DNA of 64,000 nt from an uncultured candidatus Porisulfidus sp. (GTDB taxonomy: Bacteria > Pseudomonadota > Gammaproteobacteria > Poriferisulfidales > Poriferisulfidaceae), in NCBI GenBank assembly GCA_965221375.1, contig OZ244883.1, positions 1,444,163-1,508,162 of the forward strand, read 5' to 3'. The translations under genes and the position numbers were made by a program. Under the pieces are notes generated by a model. It was not told the DNA's origin. It made no database searches and worked only from the letters and a program-made list of their open reading frames with translations. This document shows positions 60,386-64,000 of the stretch, piece after piece (within the stretch, counting starts at the first letter, position 1; every line of letters begins with the position of its first letter).

Positions 60386-62482
60386 ATGGCTGACCGCAAA
60401 GAGCCTCAACAGCGCTACCACTGCCGCGAAATCTCGCAGCTGCAGTTCAACCGGCGGGTGGTGATGCAGGGGGCCGACAAAAGCAATCCGATTCTGGAGC
60501 GCTTGCGCTTTCTATGCATCGCCAGTCGCAACCTGGACGAGTTTTTCGAAGTGCGCGTCGCTTCCTTGCGCCAACTGGTCAAGTACGGCAATGAGGTCAA
60601 AAGCGGTGAAGGTCTGACGGCCCGCGAGATTCTGTCGGAAATCTCCGCACAGACCCACGACATCGTCAAACTGCAGTACCGACTGCTGCAGAAAAGCGTT
60701 TTCGCCGCATTGCGAAACCGCAACATCCTGTTTCTGCGCCGCCACGAATGGAGCCGCGAGCAACGGCAGTGGGTGCGTCAGTATTTCCGTCGCAATATTT
60801 TGCCGATTCTCTCGCCTTTGGGACTGGACAGCCGCCACCCCTTCCCGCGGGTGCAGAACAAAAGCCTCAATTTCATGGTCAAGCTGTCCGGCAAGGACGC
60901 CTATGGCCGCAGCACCGAGTACGCCGTGGTCACCGCCCCGCGAGCGCTCCCGCGCATTGTGCGCCTGCCCGACGAAGTGTGCAAAAAAGGCGACAACTAC
61001 GTATTTTTATCCTCGATCATCCACGATAACCTCAACGATCTTTTCCCGGGCCTGAAAATCAAGGGTTGCCATCAGTTCCGCGTCACCATGGACAGCAACC
61101 TGTTCGTCGATGACGAAGAGGTGGAAAGCCTCCGGGATGTGCTGGCCGGGGTCTTGCCGGAGCGCCAGTACGGAGAAGCGGTGCGCCTGGAGGTGGTCAA
61201 TGACTGCCCGCGCGACATCATCCGCTTTTTGTGCGAGCAGTATCAATTGCCGGCAGAACATGTCTACGAAGTCAACGGCCCGGTTAATTTGTACCGGTTG
61301 ATGACGTTCCCCGAGATGATTGACCGCCCCGACTTGCGTTATCCCCCCTACCATCCCGAGGGCTTGCCCGGCCTCACCCAGCGCCAGGCACCGAACAGCC
61401 TGTTTCAGGCTCTGGATAAAAAAGACATTCTTCTGCATCACCCGTTCAATTCGTTTAAGTGGACCATCCGCTTCCTAAAAGAAGCGGCCGCAGACCCCAA
61501 GGTCATGGCCATCAAGCAGACCATCTACCGCACCGGCCTGGAATCCGAATTGACCGAGATTCTGGAAAGTGCCGCCCGTTCCGGCAAAGAAGTCACGGTC
61601 ATCATCGAGCTGAGCGCCCGCTTTGATGAGGAAGTCAATATTAAATTGGCCCAACGCCTGGAGCAGGCCGGCGCCCAAGTGTTGTACGGCGTGGTCGGCC
61701 ACAAGACCCACGCCAAAATGATTCTGGTCGTGCGCCGGGACGCGGATGGCCTGCGTCGTTATGTGCACCTCGGCACCGGCAACTATCATCCGGTCACCAC
61801 CCGTCTGTACACCGACTACGCCTTACTGACTTCCCATCCGGAACTTTGCGAGGATGTGCACAAAATTTTCCTGCAGGTGGCGAGCCTTGGACGCGCGCCC
61901 AAACTGAACCTGATGTACCAGTCGCCTTTGACACTGGGCCAGTACCTGATCGAGAAAATTCAGGACGCCGCCACTCATGCCCGCGCCGGACAAGAAGCCG
62001 TCATTTACGCCAAAATGAATGCCTTGACCGAATATGCAGTCATCGATGCACTCTACGAAGCTTCCCAAGCCGGCGTCACCATTGAATTAATCGTACGCGG
62101 GGAATGCCGTCTGCGACCCGGCGTCAAGGGGTTGTCCGAACGGATTCACATCCGCTCCATCATCGGCCGCTTTCTGGAACATACCCGAGTGTTTTATTTC
62201 CGCACTTCCGATGTCGAAGAAATGTATCTCTCCAGCGCCGACTGGATGACCCGTAATCTGCATCGCCGGGTAGAAACCATGTTCCCGGTTCTGGACGAAT
62301 CCATTCGCAAACGGATCATGCACGAGACCTTCGACACCTACTTTCGTGACAACTGCCAGAGCTGGCTGCTCAAACCCGACGGCACGTACGACAAAACCTC
62401 TATCGGTCGCGGCCACAAGCGCTTCTCAGCCCAGGAAGCGCTGATGGCCATGCATGGAACCTTGGATGATGCCCACGTGTAG
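60386..62482 (+). CDS. ppk1: Polyphosphate kinase 1
   Basis: NLDEFFEVRV, HPFP, LLHHPF, KTHAK, HLGTGNY and SSADWM.RN motifs. Confidence 0.97.
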   Translation: MADRKEPQQRYHCREISQLQFNRRVVMQGADKSNPILERLRFLCIASRNLDEFFEVRVASLRQLVKYGNEVKSGEGLTAREILSEISAQTHDIVKLQYRLLQKSVFAALRNRNILFLRRHEWSREQRQWVRQYFRRNILPILSPLGLDSRHPFPRVQNKSLNFMVKLSGKDAYGRSTEYAVVTAPRALPRIVRLPDEVCKKGDNYVFLSSIIHDNLNDLFPGLKIKGCHQFRVTMDSNLFVDDEEVESLRDVLAGVLPERQYGEAVRLEVVNDCPRDIIRFLCEQYQLPAEHVYEVNGPVNLYRLMTFPEMIDRPDLRYPPYHPEGLPGLTQRQAPNSLFQALDKKDILLHHPFNSFKWTIRFLKEAAADPKVMAIKQTIYRTGLESELTEILESAARSGKEVTVIIELSARFDEEVNIKLAQRLEQAGAQVLYGVVGHKTHAKMILVVRRDADGLRRYVHLGTGNYHPVTTRLYTDYALLTSHPELCEDVHKIFLQVASLGRAPKLNLMYQSPLTLGQYLIEKIQDAATHARAGQEAVIYAKMNALTEYAVIDALYEASQAGVTIELIVRGECRLRPGVKGLSERIHIRSIIGRFLEHTRVFYFRTSDVEEMYLSSADWMTRNLHRRVETMFPVLDESIRKRIMHETFDTYFRDNCQSWLLKPDGTYDKTSIGRGHKRFSAQEALMAMHGTLDDAHV

Positions 62483-63383
62483 CGTTCTGGACCTCGGTTC
62501 CAACAGTTTTCACATGATCTACGCGCGCATCGACGATGGGCGTGTCGTCGTGCTGGACAAGTTCAAACAGTACGTCTCTCTGGGCTCGGGCCTCAAAAAA
62601 AATGGCGACATTCGCCCCAGTTACCAGCACGCCGCTTTCAACTGTCTTCGCGAAGCGTCCAAGGTCATCCGCCGCCAGCGCCCCGATCGCTTTGCCGCCA
62701 TTGCCACCAATGCCTTTCGCCGCCAAAAAGACGATACGTTCCGCCGAAAGTGCGAGCGCATGCTGGGGCATCCCATCCGCGTCCTCAGCAGTGCGGAAGA
62801 AGGTGATTACATTTATCGCGGGGTAATACAAACGACACCGCTGGACGGCCACGATCACTGTATCCTGGATATCGGCGGCAGCAGCACCGAATTCATTCTC
62901 GGCAGCGGTGCACACCCCAGCTGCATCCTGAGTTGGCAACTCGGCAGTGCGGTAGTGACGGAACGGTTTTTCGCCGGCACTCGACTACGACTTGCCAACT
63001 GGCGATCCGCAGTCGAATATGCGGATGAAACCATCGCCCCCAAAGACAAAGCCCATATTCACCTGCCCGGCATCGATACCCTCTATGGAGCCTCGGGCGC
63101 CATCCGCGCCATCAGCAATACTTTGGTCGCCCTCGACATCTCCGACGGCCTCATCCATGCGGATGCGATTGATACCCTGGTCAACAGTTTGCTCAATGAA
63201 CACATCCGATCGCATCTGAAACACTTGGACCGCTACCGCGTTCAAGTCTTCCTCGGCGGCCTTGCCATTCTGCACGCCCTGTTCGAGTTGTTGGAAGTCA
63301 AGCAACTGCGACCCGCCGGAGGCGCCATCCGCGAAGGCGTGCTGCTGGAGATGCACCAGCAAATGCATCAAAAGGCTGCCTAG
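62469..63383 (+). CDS. ppx: Ppx/GppA-family exopolyphosphatase (short form)
   Basis: DLGSNSFH, ATNAFR, EEG, DIGGSSTE and IREG motifs; overlaps the ppk1 stop. Confidence 0.9.
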   Translation: MPTCSVLDLGSNSFHMIYARIDDGRVVVLDKFKQYVSLGSGLKKNGDIRPSYQHAAFNCLREASKVIRRQRPDRFAAIATNAFRRQKDDTFRRKCERMLGHPIRVLSSAEEGDYIYRGVIQTTPLDGHDHCILDIGGSSTEFILGSGAHPSCILSWQLGSAVVTERFFAGTRLRLANWRSAVEYADETIAPKDKAHIHLPGIDTLYGASGAIRAISNTLVALDISDGLIHADAIDTLVNSLLNEHIRSHLKHLDRYRVQVFLGGLAILHALFELLEVKQLRPAGGAIREGVLLEMHQQMHQKAA

Positions 63384-63432
63384 GCAGGGGTTCTCTATAA
63401 TTGGCGAGACCGCATCGCCACAGTCCGGTTTT

Positions 63433-64000
63433 ATGTCTGATCTTCCCCGCCCGCATTCCCATATCATCGTCGATGGCCTCGAACGGGCACCCGCTCGCTC
63501 CATGTTGCGTGCGGTCGGCTTTACCGATGCCGATTTTCAACGTCCCCAAGTCGGTATTGCCTCCACCTGGAGCGAAGTCACTCCCTGCAATATGCATATC
63601 GACCGGCTGGCGCGACAAGCAGCGACCGGCGCCAACGAAGCGGGAGGCAAGTCGGTGTCCTTCAATACCATCACCGTCTCCGACGGCATCTCCATGGGCA
63701 CGGAAGGAATGAAATATTCCCTGGTGTCGCGAGAACTGATTGCCGACTCCATCGAAGCGGTCGCGGCGGCGGAAGGCTTTGATGCCCTGGTCGCCATCGG
63801 CGGCTGCGACAAGAACATGCCCGGCTGCATGATTGCGCTGGCACGGCTGAACCGTCCGGCGGTCTTTGTCTACGGTGGCACTATCGCCCCCGGCCGCCAC
63901 CGCAAAAAAAACGTCGACATCATCTCGGTTTTTGAAGCCGTCGGCGAGCGCGCCAAAGGCCAAATCAGCGCGAAGGAGCTGACCACCATCGAGTCTTGCG
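63433..64000 (+). CDS. ilvD: Dihydroxy-acid dehydratase, N-terminal part (runs off the window edge)
   Basis: Manual translation: RAPARSMLRAVG, TPCNMH, TVSDGISMG..GMKYSL.SRE and GCDKNMPG. Confidence 0.96.
   Translation, partial: MSDLPRPHSHIIVDGLERAPARSMLRAVGFTDADFQRPQVGIASTWSEVTPCNMHIDRLARQAATGANEAGGKSVSFNTITVSDGISMGTEGMKYSLVSRELIADSIEAVAAAEGFDALVAIGGCDKNMPGCMIALARLNRPAVFVYGGTIAPGRHRKKNVDIISVFEAVGERAKGQISAKELTTIESC

Overview
Bacterial chromosomal window, most likely from a gammaproteobacterium (inferred from the spoT-rpoZ, rpmB-rpmG and nnr-tsaE-amidase linkages and from argA). It is mostly housekeeping genes in a shuffled order, interrupted by several AT-richer accessory segments. (1) A small defence islet at ~10.3-13.3 kb holds an internally deleted IS3-family element, a BstYI-like type II restriction-modification pair and an orphan AbiEi antitoxin. 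The antitoxin is bracketed by a 48-bp duplication of the 3' end of a CbbO/NorD-type VWA gene. (2) Downstream of tRNA-Leu(CAG) is a surface-glycan islet containing a complete type I-E CRISPR-Cas system (cas3-cas8e-cas11-cas7-cas5-cas6e-cas1-cas2, then 61 repeats and 60 spacers). (3) A solitary nucleoside-2-deoxyribosyltransferase-like gene sits between argF and phoU. The best candidates for undescribed biology are an argA-GCS2 ligase-M14 peptidase operon, a DUF971-MoaD fusion lacking the C-terminal Gly-Gly that is divergent from an orphan CbbO/NorD gene, the solitary NDT-like gene, and a TonB receptor with a Cys-rich repeated loop insertion. All family calls come from motif recognition by eye; no database search was run.
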